In this document: positions 8,877 to 17,517 of the stretch, piece by piece
Layout: each line of letters begins with the position of its first letter
Numbering within the stretch: the first letter of the stretch is position 1
Source: an uncultured virus (IMG/VR IMGVR_UViG_3300033417_000007)
Lineage: Duplodnaviria; Heunggongvirae; Uroviricota; Caudoviricetes
Length of the DNA: 64,000 nt
Strand: one strand, 5' to 3'
IMG/VR virus record: IMGVR_UViG_3300033417_000007
Translations under genes and position numbers: made by a program
Notes under the pieces: generated by a model
What the model was told of the DNA's origin: nothing
The model's database searches: none
What the model saw: the letters and a program-made list of their open reading frames with translations, nothing else

Positions 8877-10659
8877 ACGAGCCGCCCCCGAAGAGTTCCT
8901 CGGAGGGGGTAGCCTTCGATTCCTGCACGCTATAGCCGTTTGTGGCCTTCCACCAGTACCTGTAGGCCCTGGAACCGCTGATCCGACGCCGATCATCGCT
9001 CCACCCGTGCCGGCGAAGGAAGTGGGTCAGCTCCCGGTCCGCGATGTTACGCAGGTTGGCTTCCTTGAGCCTGGACTTGTAGGCCCGCAGGGTGAAGTAG
9101 GTCCGCTGGCCGTCGTAGCCCGGGAAGGCCTTCAGCTCGCCGTCGGCCGGGTGCTCCTTGACCTCTTCCAGGAACGAGTCGAGGACTTCGGACATCTGGC
9201 CGTCTGCCGAGGCTTCCTCGGGGGCCTCCTTGGACTCGAGTCGGCCCTCCTTCTTAGCCTTCTCCCTCATCTGCTCCCACTGCCACTGGTCGATATTGGC
9301 GATGAAGAGGTCGGTCACCTCGTTGAAGTAGGCCCGGAACAGGTAGTAGGTGTGGTAGACCTTGTGCTCGCACTGCCCGATGATGTGGACGTCGGGCTCC
9401 GAGAGCCGCTTGATGTGGACGGTGTAGAGCGGGGGCTTCGAGTTGAACTTCTCTATCGAGACCACCTCGAAGTCCGGATCGACGAACTTCCTCTTCTTGG
9501 CCCCATCCTTGCCCTTTTCCAGCGAAGGAAGAAACCCCCGGATGCGGGAGAGGGTCTTGAGGGCCTGCTCCTGCGCGATCGAGGGGAACTCCTCCTTGAT
9601 CATGCGTTCGAGGTCCGGGGCTCCGACCACTTCCTCCCCGCGGCAGAACCGGTCGTAGGTGTCTCGGACGTCCTTCAGGCGCTTTTCGGTCTCGCCGCCG
9701 ACCGCATCCGACGCGCGCCGGATGATGTCGAGGGCTGTCCCGAGGGAGACTCCGGCGTGGGCGAGCATCCCGGCACTCCGGAGGGCCATGGCGTGACGCT
9801 GGTGGGGGATCCAGATCTCCGAGAAGGCGAGCGCGACCTTCTCCACCGTCTGCTCAGGCAGCGCGTAATGGGGCGCGGGCCTGGGCCGGTACATCTCATT
9901 AGGCTCCCCTCCCGAAGGGGGTGGAGGAGAAGCCGGCGAGGGCAGCGCCTTGGATCCCGGGGGTGGGGCCCCCTGGACAGTGCCGCTCCTCGCCGGCTGA
10001 GAGAGGTTGTCTTCTGTGGCCAGGGCTTCGAGCGCCTCAAACTCCTCGAGCTTGTACTTCCGATCCGGGTAGAAATACGTGACGTGCGTGACGGGCTTTG
10101 GGTCTGGATAGCTCCCCTTGATGTTGGGGGTCCCCGGCACGCGCAGGATCCTTGAGTAGTCCTGGACGCCGCGCTGGGCGCCGAAGTGCCGAAGGACCGC
10201 GAGGTTGACCGCCTGGAGCCGATCGCGCGCGGCTCCAACGGCAGGGTAGTCGAGCAGCCAGTAGGCGTGGATCCCGTGTCCGCTATGGACTACAATCGAA
10301 GGCTTGAGGGGGAAGGCCTTCAGTTTTTCCCTGAGGTCGGCCTCCGGAACGTCCTTGAAGTCGAAGTCCGCGAAGACGGCGGTGACGCATCCGACGTTCG
10401 CCTTCCCACCGATCTTCTCGCCGGGCTTGTCGGGCTTCTTCTTTGATCGGAGGCCTACCCCGAAGAAGACGTGGTACTTGCCGGATAGGCGGTCGCAGAG
10501 CGAGAGGGCTTGGTCCAGTTCGCTTTCCCAGCGGAAGAACTCCCTGGGGACCTCGGGCGCGTCGCCCTCGGGGAGAGGTCGGATCTCGAGGAAGCCTGCG
10601 CCGACGCCTTGGTAGAGGGCGCGGAAGAATTCCCGTGCCCCGATGTCCTCTCTCGCCAT
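8875..10659 (-). CDS. RepB'-type archaeo-eukaryotic primase/primpol with uncharacterised C-terminal domains
   Basis: FADFD, HSGHGIHAYW and DYSRILRVPGTPN motifs; no Walker A seen in the C-terminus. Confidence 0.88.
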   Translation of the reverse strand: MAREDIGAREFFRALYQGVGAGFLEIRPLPEGDAPEVPREFFRWESELDQALSLCDRLSGKYHVFFGVGLRSKKKPDKPGEKIGGKANVGCVTAVFADFDFKDVPEADLREKLKAFPLKPSIVVHSGHGIHAYWLLDYPAVGAARDRLQAVNLAVLRHFGAQRGVQDYSRILRVPGTPNIKGSYPDPKPVTHVTYFYPDRKYKLEEFEALEALATEDNLSQPARSGTVQGAPPPGSKALPSPASPPPPSGGEPNEMYRPRPAPHYALPEQTVEKVALAFSEIWIPHQRHAMALRSAGMLAHAGVSLGTALDIIRRASDAVGGETEKRLKDVRDTYDRFCRGEEVVGAPDLERMIKEEFPSIAQEQALKTLSRIRGFLPSLEKGKDGAKKRKFVDPDFEVVSIEKFNSKPPLYTVHIKRLSEPDVHIIGQCEHKVYHTYYLFRAYFNEVTDLFIANIDQWQWEQMREKAKKEGRLESKEAPEEASADGQMSEVLDSFLEEVKEHPADGELKAFPGYDGQRTYFTLRAYKSRLKEANLRNIADRELTHFLRRHGWSDDRRRISGSRAYRYWWKATNGYSVQESKATPSEELFGGGS

Positions 10660-10695
10660 GGATCCCCTCTCGATTCACGCCAAACCGACGGGGTC

Positions 10696-10723
10696 ACTAT
10701 ACCCGCGACTTCGCTTCCGTCAA
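10696..10723 (-). promoter_or_regulatory. Sigma70-like promoter for the leftward replication operon
   Basis: TTGACG-N16-TATAGT at the point where the two arms diverge. Confidence 0.6.
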
Positions 10724-10734
10724 GCGAAAAAAAC

Positions 10735-10762
10735 TTGCATCCCGGGAAACATCCTATATAAC
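10735..10762 (+). promoter_or_regulatory. Possible rightward promoter
   Basis: A-tract followed by TTGCAT-N16-TATAAC, back to back with the leftward promoter. Confidence 0.45.
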
Positions 10763-10991
10763 TGACTTGCGGTGATCATATCCAAGTTCCACAAGAAGGG
10801 GGAGAAGCTAGAACGCATCCTGATCGGCCTCTTCGTGTGTCCCTTGAGTGGTTTTGCGGTCGGTGGAAGGATCCGGGTCCACGCCGCGGAGGCGATGTAC
10901 TGCAGGGGCGGGAATTCCATCTTCTACGTGTGCAACGTCCATAAGGTGCGTGGGTTCGTGAACGATAGGAAAATCGTAAAGAGGTGCAGGG

Positions 10992-12881
10992 ATGCCGAGA
11001 AAGAAGCAGTCTCCGACTCCGTCGCCGAGTGATTCCAACTCCGACGACGCCGCCGTCGCCGTGGACGAGGTTGAGAGCGACCTGGCCGCCGCCGAAGGCG
11101 AGGCCCGGGACGTCGAGGCGACTTCCGAGGAGGAGGACGCTTCGGCCGCCGAGGAGGCCCCCAAGAAGAAGCGTCGCGGCCGGCCCCCCGGCCGCGCGAG
11201 TCTGCGGGTGGTCGCGACCGGCGAAGCCGGCGCCGTCCGCGAGGCCATGAAGGACTTCAGCGGCGTGGACGTAGAAGGGGAGAAGTCCGAGGACGCCGAG
11301 GAAGTCGCCTCTCCCGCCGAAGAGGAAGAGGAGACGCCCGCAGGGACCTTCGGCCGGCTTCTCGCGAAGCCCGGCTACTTCGTTTCGGTGACGCGCAAGC
11401 GTCCGAAAACCTTCAATGGCCTCCGCTGCCCGAGCCGCCTTCCCGATGCGATCTACATCTGCCCGACGAGCCTCGGGGACATCAAGGAGGACGTCTTCGC
11501 CCGGTTCGGCGGGGAGACCTTCCACGCGTCCATCCATCGGGAGGGGCCCGGGGGGGACGCGAAGACCCTCGACGCGATCGAGATCCGGAATCCCGACGCC
11601 GTCATCCCCCTTCACGAGGGCGTCCCGATCGGCGCTCCGGAGGTCCATGGGGACGAGGAGCCCATGATCCCGATGGAGGAGGAGGTCGACGATCCGAGCG
11701 CGCAGCTCGCCAGGACCGTGAAGGAGCAGATCAAGGCCGCCGATCAGCTCGCGAAGCTCCGTCACGCCAAGCAGGTGATGAAGGCGCTCAAGGAGGACGA
11801 CGACGGGGAGGCCCCGCGCAAGGGCCAAGAGGCCTCCAAAGTCCGCGAGCTCGAGCAGAGGATCGCCGAGATGGCCGCCACGAACCAGCGGGAGCGTCGG
11901 TTCGAGAAGCTCGAAAGCCTCGTCACCCAGCTTGCCGAGGGAGGCGTCCGCGGCAAGGGCGGCGACGACTCCATGATGAAGCTCATGATCACGATGATGC
12001 AGTCGAGCGACCAGAGGTTCCAGGCGATGATGTCGACGTTCATGCCGCTCATCTCGGGCCAGGGCAAGCGGCACGACGACCTCGACGCGCAACTCGAGCG
12101 GCTCTCGAAACTGCGATCCGTCTTCGGGGAAGGCAGCAGCCGCCTGAAGTCGATCGAGGAGAAGCTCATGACCAAGGCGCTTGACCGTCTCCTCGACGGC
12201 GCCGACGAGAGGGACTCCGCGGACCAGAGTCTCGGCGAGATCGCGATCAAGGAGGCCGCTCCCATCGTCCGGAACATCGTCGACAAGATGGGGAAGGACA
12301 AGGTGCCCACGACGGCGCCCACCCAGGAGGAGTTCAAGCGCGCCGTCGCCCAGGAGGCTCAGCGGATGGTGGGCGAGCTCGCCAAGAAGTGGCAGTCGGA
12401 AGGATACCTCGTCAAGCTCCCGCAGGGGGCACTTCCGTCGCCGGCCCCTGCGGAACCCGCGCCTGCGAAGGTGGAAAAGGTAGAGGCTGAAGAAGAGGAG
12501 GAGAACGTGCCGACGGCTCCGCATGAGGCAGGGTACGACCGCAAGCAGGCGGTGAACTTCGTCCTGGATTCGATCCTGAAGGAGATGCCCGCTCGACTCG
12601 AGAACGGCTACCTGCTCGGCGACATCATCGATCGGCTCGACGACGAGCTGCTCGAGGGGCTCTGCAAGGTGGGCTCCGCGGAAGACCTCGAACGGCTGAT
12701 CGGCCCGCACTCCGATCAGGCGAAGCTGAGGAAGGTCACCGACGCAGTGAAGGCCGACGGCGCCGCGGCGACGTGGCTGCGGCAGATGATCATGTCCGCC
12801 CAGCACGAGTACCAGAAGTCGCTGCAGAAGCGCGGAGGGGACGAGCCGGCGCCGCCGCAGAATCCGACCGAGGAGTTCTAG
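10992..12881 (+). CDS. Large acidic, coiled-coil protein of unknown function (first gene of the rightward arm)
   Basis: 629 aa; disordered acidic N-terminus, AT-hook-like RRGRPPGR, Met-rich helical middle. Confidence 0.85.
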   Translation: MPRKKQSPTPSPSDSNSDDAAVAVDEVESDLAAAEGEARDVEATSEEEDASAAEEAPKKKRRGRPPGRASLRVVATGEAGAVREAMKDFSGVDVEGEKSEDAEEVASPAEEEEETPAGTFGRLLAKPGYFVSVTRKRPKTFNGLRCPSRLPDAIYICPTSLGDIKEDVFARFGGETFHASIHREGPGGDAKTLDAIEIRNPDAVIPLHEGVPIGAPEVHGDEEPMIPMEEEVDDPSAQLARTVKEQIKAADQLAKLRHAKQVMKALKEDDDGEAPRKGQEASKVRELEQRIAEMAATNQRERRFEKLESLVTQLAEGGVRGKGGDDSMMKLMITMMQSSDQRFQAMMSTFMPLISGQGKRHDDLDAQLERLSKLRSVFGEGSSRLKSIEEKLMTKALDRLLDGADERDSADQSLGEIAIKEAAPIVRNIVDKMGKDKVPTTAPTQEEFKRAVAQEAQRMVGELAKKWQSEGYLVKLPQGALPSPAPAEPAPAKVEKVEAEEEEENVPTAPHEAGYDRKQAVNFVLDSILKEMPARLENGYLLGDIIDRLDDELLEGLCKVGSAEDLERLIGPHSDQAKLRKVTDAVKADGAAATWLRQMIMSAQHEYQKSLQKRGGDEPAPPQNPTEEF

Positions 12882-12884
12882 CGG

Positions 12885-13172
12885 GTGGCCCAGCAGCAGG
12901 AAGAGGGTCCGGCGCCTCAGGCGGGCGCCGGCCCAAAGAACGCCGCGAAGATCGAGCGGTTCGTCCGCGCGTTCGAGTCCACGTCGGTCGAGATCTCGAA
13001 CCTGATCGAGGTGCTTACGCACAAGGAGGACGGTCTCATCGCCGCGATGGACGACCTGTCCGGAGAGATCGGGTCCCTTGCCGAAGAGATCCGCGGTCTA
13101 CGCCTCGACATGCGCGCGGCGGCGAAAGCGCGCGGCCTCGGGAGCGTGTTTGACCTTCTGCGCGGAGGATGA
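12885..13172 (+). CDS. Small coiled-coil protein
   Basis: Heptad pattern; GAGGAG SD. Confidence 0.75.
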   Translation: MAQQQEEGPAPQAGAGPKNAAKIERFVRAFESTSVEISNLIEVLTHKEDGLIAAMDDLSGEIGSLAEEIRGLRLDMRAAAKARGLGSVFDLLRGG

Positions 13173-13194
13173 TTTCGGGATTCCGTTTCGCCTA

Positions 13195-13223
13195 TTGCTT
13201 TTTGCGTTCCGGGGTCGTACTCT
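13195..13223 (+). promoter_or_regulatory. Putative promoter
   Basis: TTGCTT-N17-TACTCT. Confidence 0.45.
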
Positions 13224-13285
13224 CGTACTCAACGAGGTGCATGGGGCGTATGGGCGCAGTTGAAGCCCGCGGAAGCCCCGAGGAG

Positions 13286-13313
13286 AAGCCGCTGATGATT
13301 CAGCGGCTTTTTT
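13286..13313 (+). terminator. Intrinsic terminator
   Basis: AAGCCGCTGA-tgat-TCAGCGGCTT followed by a T-run. Confidence 0.8.
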
Positions 13314-13324
13314 GTTAGCCAACG

Positions 13325-13546
13325 ATGATCGACGTGTCCGCGATCGTTGAGGCGGCCAGGAAAGAGATCGGCGTGGATGCCATCCAGACCACGCCGGTAC
13401 GGATCTCCTGTCCGACCTGCGGGGGGTTTGCGGTGAGCGTGATGACGCTGCCGTGCCTGGCCCGAGCGCGATGCGGGAAGTGTCACGTCGACCTCCTGGC
13501 GCTGGTGACGAGGGACCGGGCGGTCCTCGTCGTTCAGGACAAATAA
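13325..13546 (+). CDS. Zinc-ribbon protein, candidate late-gene regulator
   Basis: CPTC...CGKC in 73 aa; lies between two terminators. Confidence 0.7.
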   Translation: MIDVSAIVEAARKEIGVDAIQTTPVRISCPTCGGFAVSVMTLPCLARARCGKCHVDLLALVTRDRAVLVVQDK

Positions 13547-13564
13547 CCTAATCCATTCTCCTTG

Positions 13565-13609
13565 AAGCCTCCTTCCAGGGCTCACGCCCTGGAGGGAGGC
13601 TTTTTTTTT
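13565..13609 (+). terminator. Strong intrinsic terminator
   Basis: AAGCCTCCTTCCAGGG-ctcacg-CCCTGGAGGGAGGCTT followed by T9. Confidence 0.88.
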
Positions 13610-13617
13610 GGAGTGCA

Positions 13618-15075
13618 ATGCTGGCTGAAGAGGTCAAGACGGAGCGGCTCTTCCGCGGATACCGCGGAACATCCGACACCATCGACCGGATGCACAAGCT
13701 GGTCCAGCAGGCGAAGCTGGATCCGACGATGCATAGGATCGCGACCCTCATCCGACTGTCGGTTCCCCAGGATCCGCGGGGCTCCTCGAAGGAGACGGCC
13801 GACGCGATCTTCAACTGGGTGAAGAAGCACGGCTGCTTCCAGCGCGACCAGTTCCAGATCGAGCGGGTGGAGCATCCGATCAGCTCCATGCAGACGACGA
13901 TCAAGGCGCGCCAGAACGGCGTCGACACCAACGGCAAGCTCTTTGTCGGGGACTGCGACCAGTACGGGATCTGGGTCGCGGCGCTCGGGGGCATCCTCGG
14001 ATTCCAGTACGCCTTCGAGACCTCGAAAAGCGACCTCGAGCGTCCCGACGAGTTCTCGCACGTCTGGGCGGCGCTCCGCGTGGGCCCCGAATGGATCGCC
14101 TACGACGCCTCCACGCCGAGGTCCGAGCCCAACTGGAGGCCGCCGATCACGGGTCCCGACAAGTTCAAGCGGTGGCCCGAGAAGGAAATCGAACGGACGC
14201 TGTCCGGATTGGGGGACGCCGTGAAGGGTGATGTTCCGTTCATGGTACCGCGCGAGTACTTCGGCGCCGGCGACCCCGCCGGCGTCGACGACCCGATGAC
14301 GAGTCTCGAGCCAAACCCGGGCGAGATCGACATGCTCATTCCTCCGGAGCCGATGAATCCGGACGAGAACTTCGGTGACGACTACCCGCGCTTCTCGAAG
14401 GAAGAGGTCGAGGCGGCGTCCCACCGGATGAGCCTGATCACGAACACCGACACGGGCCCCCATTACGCCCCGGCCGGTCGGCCCTCCTACTTCAAGGTGC
14501 AGAAGCGGATGTACCCCAAGGGGTCGCTCTGGAACCGCCAGGAGGTCAGCCGTGTCGATCGGGCGACCGGCGAACCCTACTTCAAGGTTGATCCCTCGAC
14601 GGTACCGTCCGAGGAGGTCGAGGTCGGCATGGTCAGTCCCGTCACGGTCGTCGAGCGGGACGGCCGGCCGCATGTGGTTCGCCGGGACATTCGGAGCGAA
14701 CTCATCCTAAGGAGACCGAAGATGCACCCGGCAGGAATGGGCGCCACGATCCCGACGAGCGTCGCGATCGCAAGTGGAGTGACGGCGGCCGACGCGGGCG
14801 TGAAGGCCGTGACCGAGTCCAAGAGCGTCTGGGACACGATCTCGGACGTCTTCAAGAGCGTCGCTCCGGCTGCGGCGGACGTGCTTTCGGCGAAGTACGC
14901 GCCGAAGGTCGCGGACGCCACCAACCGCGTGGCCGGCGGTCAGGTGATCACCGCCCAGGCCTACATCCAGAAGCCCTGGTATCAGCAGACCTGGGTTTGG
15001 ATGGGCGCCGCGGTTGTCGCGGCCGGCTTCGGGGCGATGGTGATGCTCAAGCCCGCCAAGAGGCGTCGTCGGTAG
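13618..15075 (+). CDS. Transglutaminase-like (Cys-His-Asp) enzyme, putative virion maturation protease, with C-terminal membrane anchor
   Basis: GDCDQ, FSHVW and YDAS in the first ~190 aa; ends in a hydrophobic helix plus KPAKRRRR. Confidence 0.8.
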   Translation: MLAEEVKTERLFRGYRGTSDTIDRMHKLVQQAKLDPTMHRIATLIRLSVPQDPRGSSKETADAIFNWVKKHGCFQRDQFQIERVEHPISSMQTTIKARQNGVDTNGKLFVGDCDQYGIWVAALGGILGFQYAFETSKSDLERPDEFSHVWAALRVGPEWIAYDASTPRSEPNWRPPITGPDKFKRWPEKEIERTLSGLGDAVKGDVPFMVPREYFGAGDPAGVDDPMTSLEPNPGEIDMLIPPEPMNPDENFGDDYPRFSKEEVEAASHRMSLITNTDTGPHYAPAGRPSYFKVQKRMYPKGSLWNRQEVSRVDRATGEPYFKVDPSTVPSEEVEVGMVSPVTVVERDGRPHVVRRDIRSELILRRPKMHPAGMGATIPTSVAIASGVTAADAGVKAVTESKSVWDTISDVFKSVAPAAADVLSAKYAPKVADATNRVAGGQVITAQAYIQKPWYQQTWVWMGAAVVAAGFGAMVMLKPAKRRRR

Positions 15076-15078
15076 CCG

Positions 15079-15300
15079 ATGGACACGATCGTGGGACCTC
15101 TGACCGACCAACTCGTCGCGCGGATCCTTCCTCAGATGAAGGACATGGTCGCGCGCGCGGCGGAAGGCGCGGAGCCCACGATCCGCAAGGTGGTGATCGA
15201 GGAAGTGCTCCCGAAGTTCGGGGCCGCGACGGTGCTCGGGATGGTGGCCGGCGCGATCGGCGCGGCGGCTATCGGGTCCTGGTTCGCGACGAGGCGATAG
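15079..15300 (+). CDS. Small tail-anchored membrane protein
   Basis: C-terminal Gly/Ala hydrophobic helix followed by RR. Confidence 0.8.
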   Translation: MDTIVGPLTDQLVARILPQMKDMVARAAEGAEPTIRKVVIEEVLPKFGAATVLGMVAGAIGAAAIGSWFATRR

Positions 15301-17514
15301 ATGAAACTCGTGAAGGGGTCTGCGGCGGCGAAGGCGCACATGGCGCGCCTGCGCGCGATGGCGGGGAAGCGCCGCAAGGCGGTTCGCCCCGTGACCGGCG
15401 CCCCCAAGAGGAAGAACCCCTACTCCGTGACGGGGGAGTGGTTCGAGCCTGGGTTCGTCATCTGGGACACGCCGGTCCAGGCCGAGGCCTACAACGCCGT
15501 CCGCGTGCTCGCTGACAACGACATCCCCGCGCACGTCGAAGCGGCGCCGGGGGATCCGAAGAAGTTCGGAAGCTGGGTCTACAAGGTCCACATCGACCGT
15601 CCCGAGGACTCGACCACCCGGATGATCGCCGAAGGCGCGCTCAACCGGATCGCAAGCGAGTCGATCAAGGGGCGCATGATGGGCGAATGGTCGAGCATTC
15701 CGCGCCCTCGTGCGCCGCGGCGTGGCCGCCGGCGGGTGGCTCTCCCGAATCCCCGGCGCCCGAAGATCGACCCGATCGACCGCGCGATCGAGCAGGCCTA
15801 CTACAGGGTCGCGAGCGGCGTCCAGGTCTCGATCATGGACATCCCGAAGATCTTCCGCGACGCGAAGACCCTGCTCGCCGGAGGCCGGACCGACATCGAC
15901 CAGGTGCTTATCGAGGTCGTGAAGAGGTATCAGGTGGCCGGCACCGGCGGACGGATTCTCAACAACCCGCATGGCGCGCGCGGAGCCTACTTCATCATCG
16001 ATCCCGTGACGAACAGGATCCTCTGGATCGTCCGCGGGCATCCGATGCACTCGTTCAACAATTCGGTCAAGCTCGCCACCGAGGCCGCGGCGAAGCTCGG
16101 TCGCAATGTGGTTCACGTCGTCCACCCTTACGTACCTGCCGGCTTCAAGAAGGGGACGGAGGTGACGCCCATCTTCTACCACTACGGGTCCAACACCGTC
16201 ACGCCCGAGGGGAAGATGTTCAAGACGATCTACGACAACCCCCCGGCCTTCTTCTTGATCGACGCCCAGAACGGGAAGATTCTCGAGATCTTCAAGGGGC
16301 ATCCCGCAAAGACATTTAAGAAGTCGGTCGACATCGGGATGTTGGAGGCGGCGAGAACCGGTCGCCCCGTCATTCACGTCGTTCACCCGCGCGTCCCCGC
16401 CGGCTTCAGGGTCGGCCACGCCGTCTCGCCGATGTTCTACCACTACGGGGCGAACATCATTTACCCAGACGGTCGCATGGTGAAGCGGAACCCGAAGTTC
16501 AAGGCCCGCTTCACGGCTTCCGACGGTGTCGAGATGCGCACTGAGACGTTGTGGGCGCGCAGCGCCCTCAAGAAGGCCGATCGCATGACGCTCGACATGC
16601 CGGCGCAGTTCAGGGGGCCGCGCTCCGAGATCGAGGTCACGCGCTGCAACCCGCGCGGCTGCAAGAACCCGGGGCACCGGCACGCGCGGAAGAATCCGTC
16701 CGGCTGGTCGCCGATCGGACTGTTCACGTCGACCGAGGCGACGTCGGTGGCGGACCGTCTTCGCGCCGCCGGGATTCAGGTGCGCGCTTATGAGACGGTA
16801 CCAAACCACGTCACCCTCACGGTTCCGTCTTCCATGCGCCGCGCGGCCAGGGCACTCATCGCGCGCAAGAACCCGCTCATGCAGGTGGTGACGCTCAAGA
16901 ACCCGAAGCGCCCCCAAGCCTCTCGCTCTGTCCCGTTCGATGTTTACCTGGATGGAAAGAAGATCGACACGGTCTTCGCGGGACCGAAAAGCGATGCCGT
17001 TGCCGAAGAAGTTCGACTCTCTCTCATCAACCACGACGGCTACGATCCCAGGATCGTCGTTCGCCGGCGCGGCGGGAAGGCGGGGTCGCGACCCGTTCGA
17101 AAGAACCCGGTCGGAAAGATCCCGTTCCGCCACGGCCAGATCATCACGGTCGCGCAGGCGCTCGCCTGGGCCAAGCAGACCGGAAACACCTCGCTCGTCA
17201 AGCAGTGCGAGCAGGCGATCGCGCTTTGCAAGAAGGCGAACGGGCCGGCCCAGAAAGTCCGCTTCGATCTCGTGCAGATGGGCGACCCCAAGAAGATCGA
17301 GTCGGTGATGGCCGGTGTCGAGTACGGCCAGACCGACGAGACCGTCTACAAGCCGACCAAGGGCTCGAAGAAGGGTCAGCACCTCTACCGACATGAGTGG
17401 GGGGAGGGCAGCGGGAAGCGCAAGCCCGTGCCGCTCATCGCTCCGGTCGGTGGGAAGGCGCTCGTCATGCCGCTCGGAAGTCGGCAGACCGCCGGAGATT
17501 GGTTGAGAGGATAG
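15301..17514 (+). CDS. Basic modular protein punctuated by 11 Asn-Pro motifs; putative core polyprotein
   Basis: 737 aa; repeated (R/K)NP; internal duplication of about 85 aa. Confidence 0.85.
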   Translation: MKLVKGSAAAKAHMARLRAMAGKRRKAVRPVTGAPKRKNPYSVTGEWFEPGFVIWDTPVQAEAYNAVRVLADNDIPAHVEAAPGDPKKFGSWVYKVHIDRPEDSTTRMIAEGALNRIASESIKGRMMGEWSSIPRPRAPRRGRRRVALPNPRRPKIDPIDRAIEQAYYRVASGVQVSIMDIPKIFRDAKTLLAGGRTDIDQVLIEVVKRYQVAGTGGRILNNPHGARGAYFIIDPVTNRILWIVRGHPMHSFNNSVKLATEAAAKLGRNVVHVVHPYVPAGFKKGTEVTPIFYHYGSNTVTPEGKMFKTIYDNPPAFFLIDAQNGKILEIFKGHPAKTFKKSVDIGMLEAARTGRPVIHVVHPRVPAGFRVGHAVSPMFYHYGANIIYPDGRMVKRNPKFKARFTASDGVEMRTETLWARSALKKADRMTLDMPAQFRGPRSEIEVTRCNPRGCKNPGHRHARKNPSGWSPIGLFTSTEATSVADRLRAAGIQVRAYETVPNHVTLTVPSSMRRAARALIARKNPLMQVVTLKNPKRPQASRSVPFDVYLDGKKIDTVFAGPKSDAVAEEVRLSLINHDGYDPRIVVRRRGGKAGSRPVRKNPVGKIPFRHGQIITVAQALAWAKQTGNTSLVKQCEQAIALCKKANGPAQKVRFDLVQMGDPKKIESVMAGVEYGQTDETVYKPTKGSKKGQHLYRHEWGEGSGKRKPVPLIAPVGGKALVMPLGSRQTAGDWLRG
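15961..16494 (+). repeat. Tandem duplicated ~85-aa domain bounded by NP motifs
   Basis: AYFIID..GHP..HVVHPYVPAGF..FYHYGSN versus AFFLID..GHP..HVVHPRVPAGF..FYHYGAN. Confidence 0.9.
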
Positions 17515-17517
17515 CCC

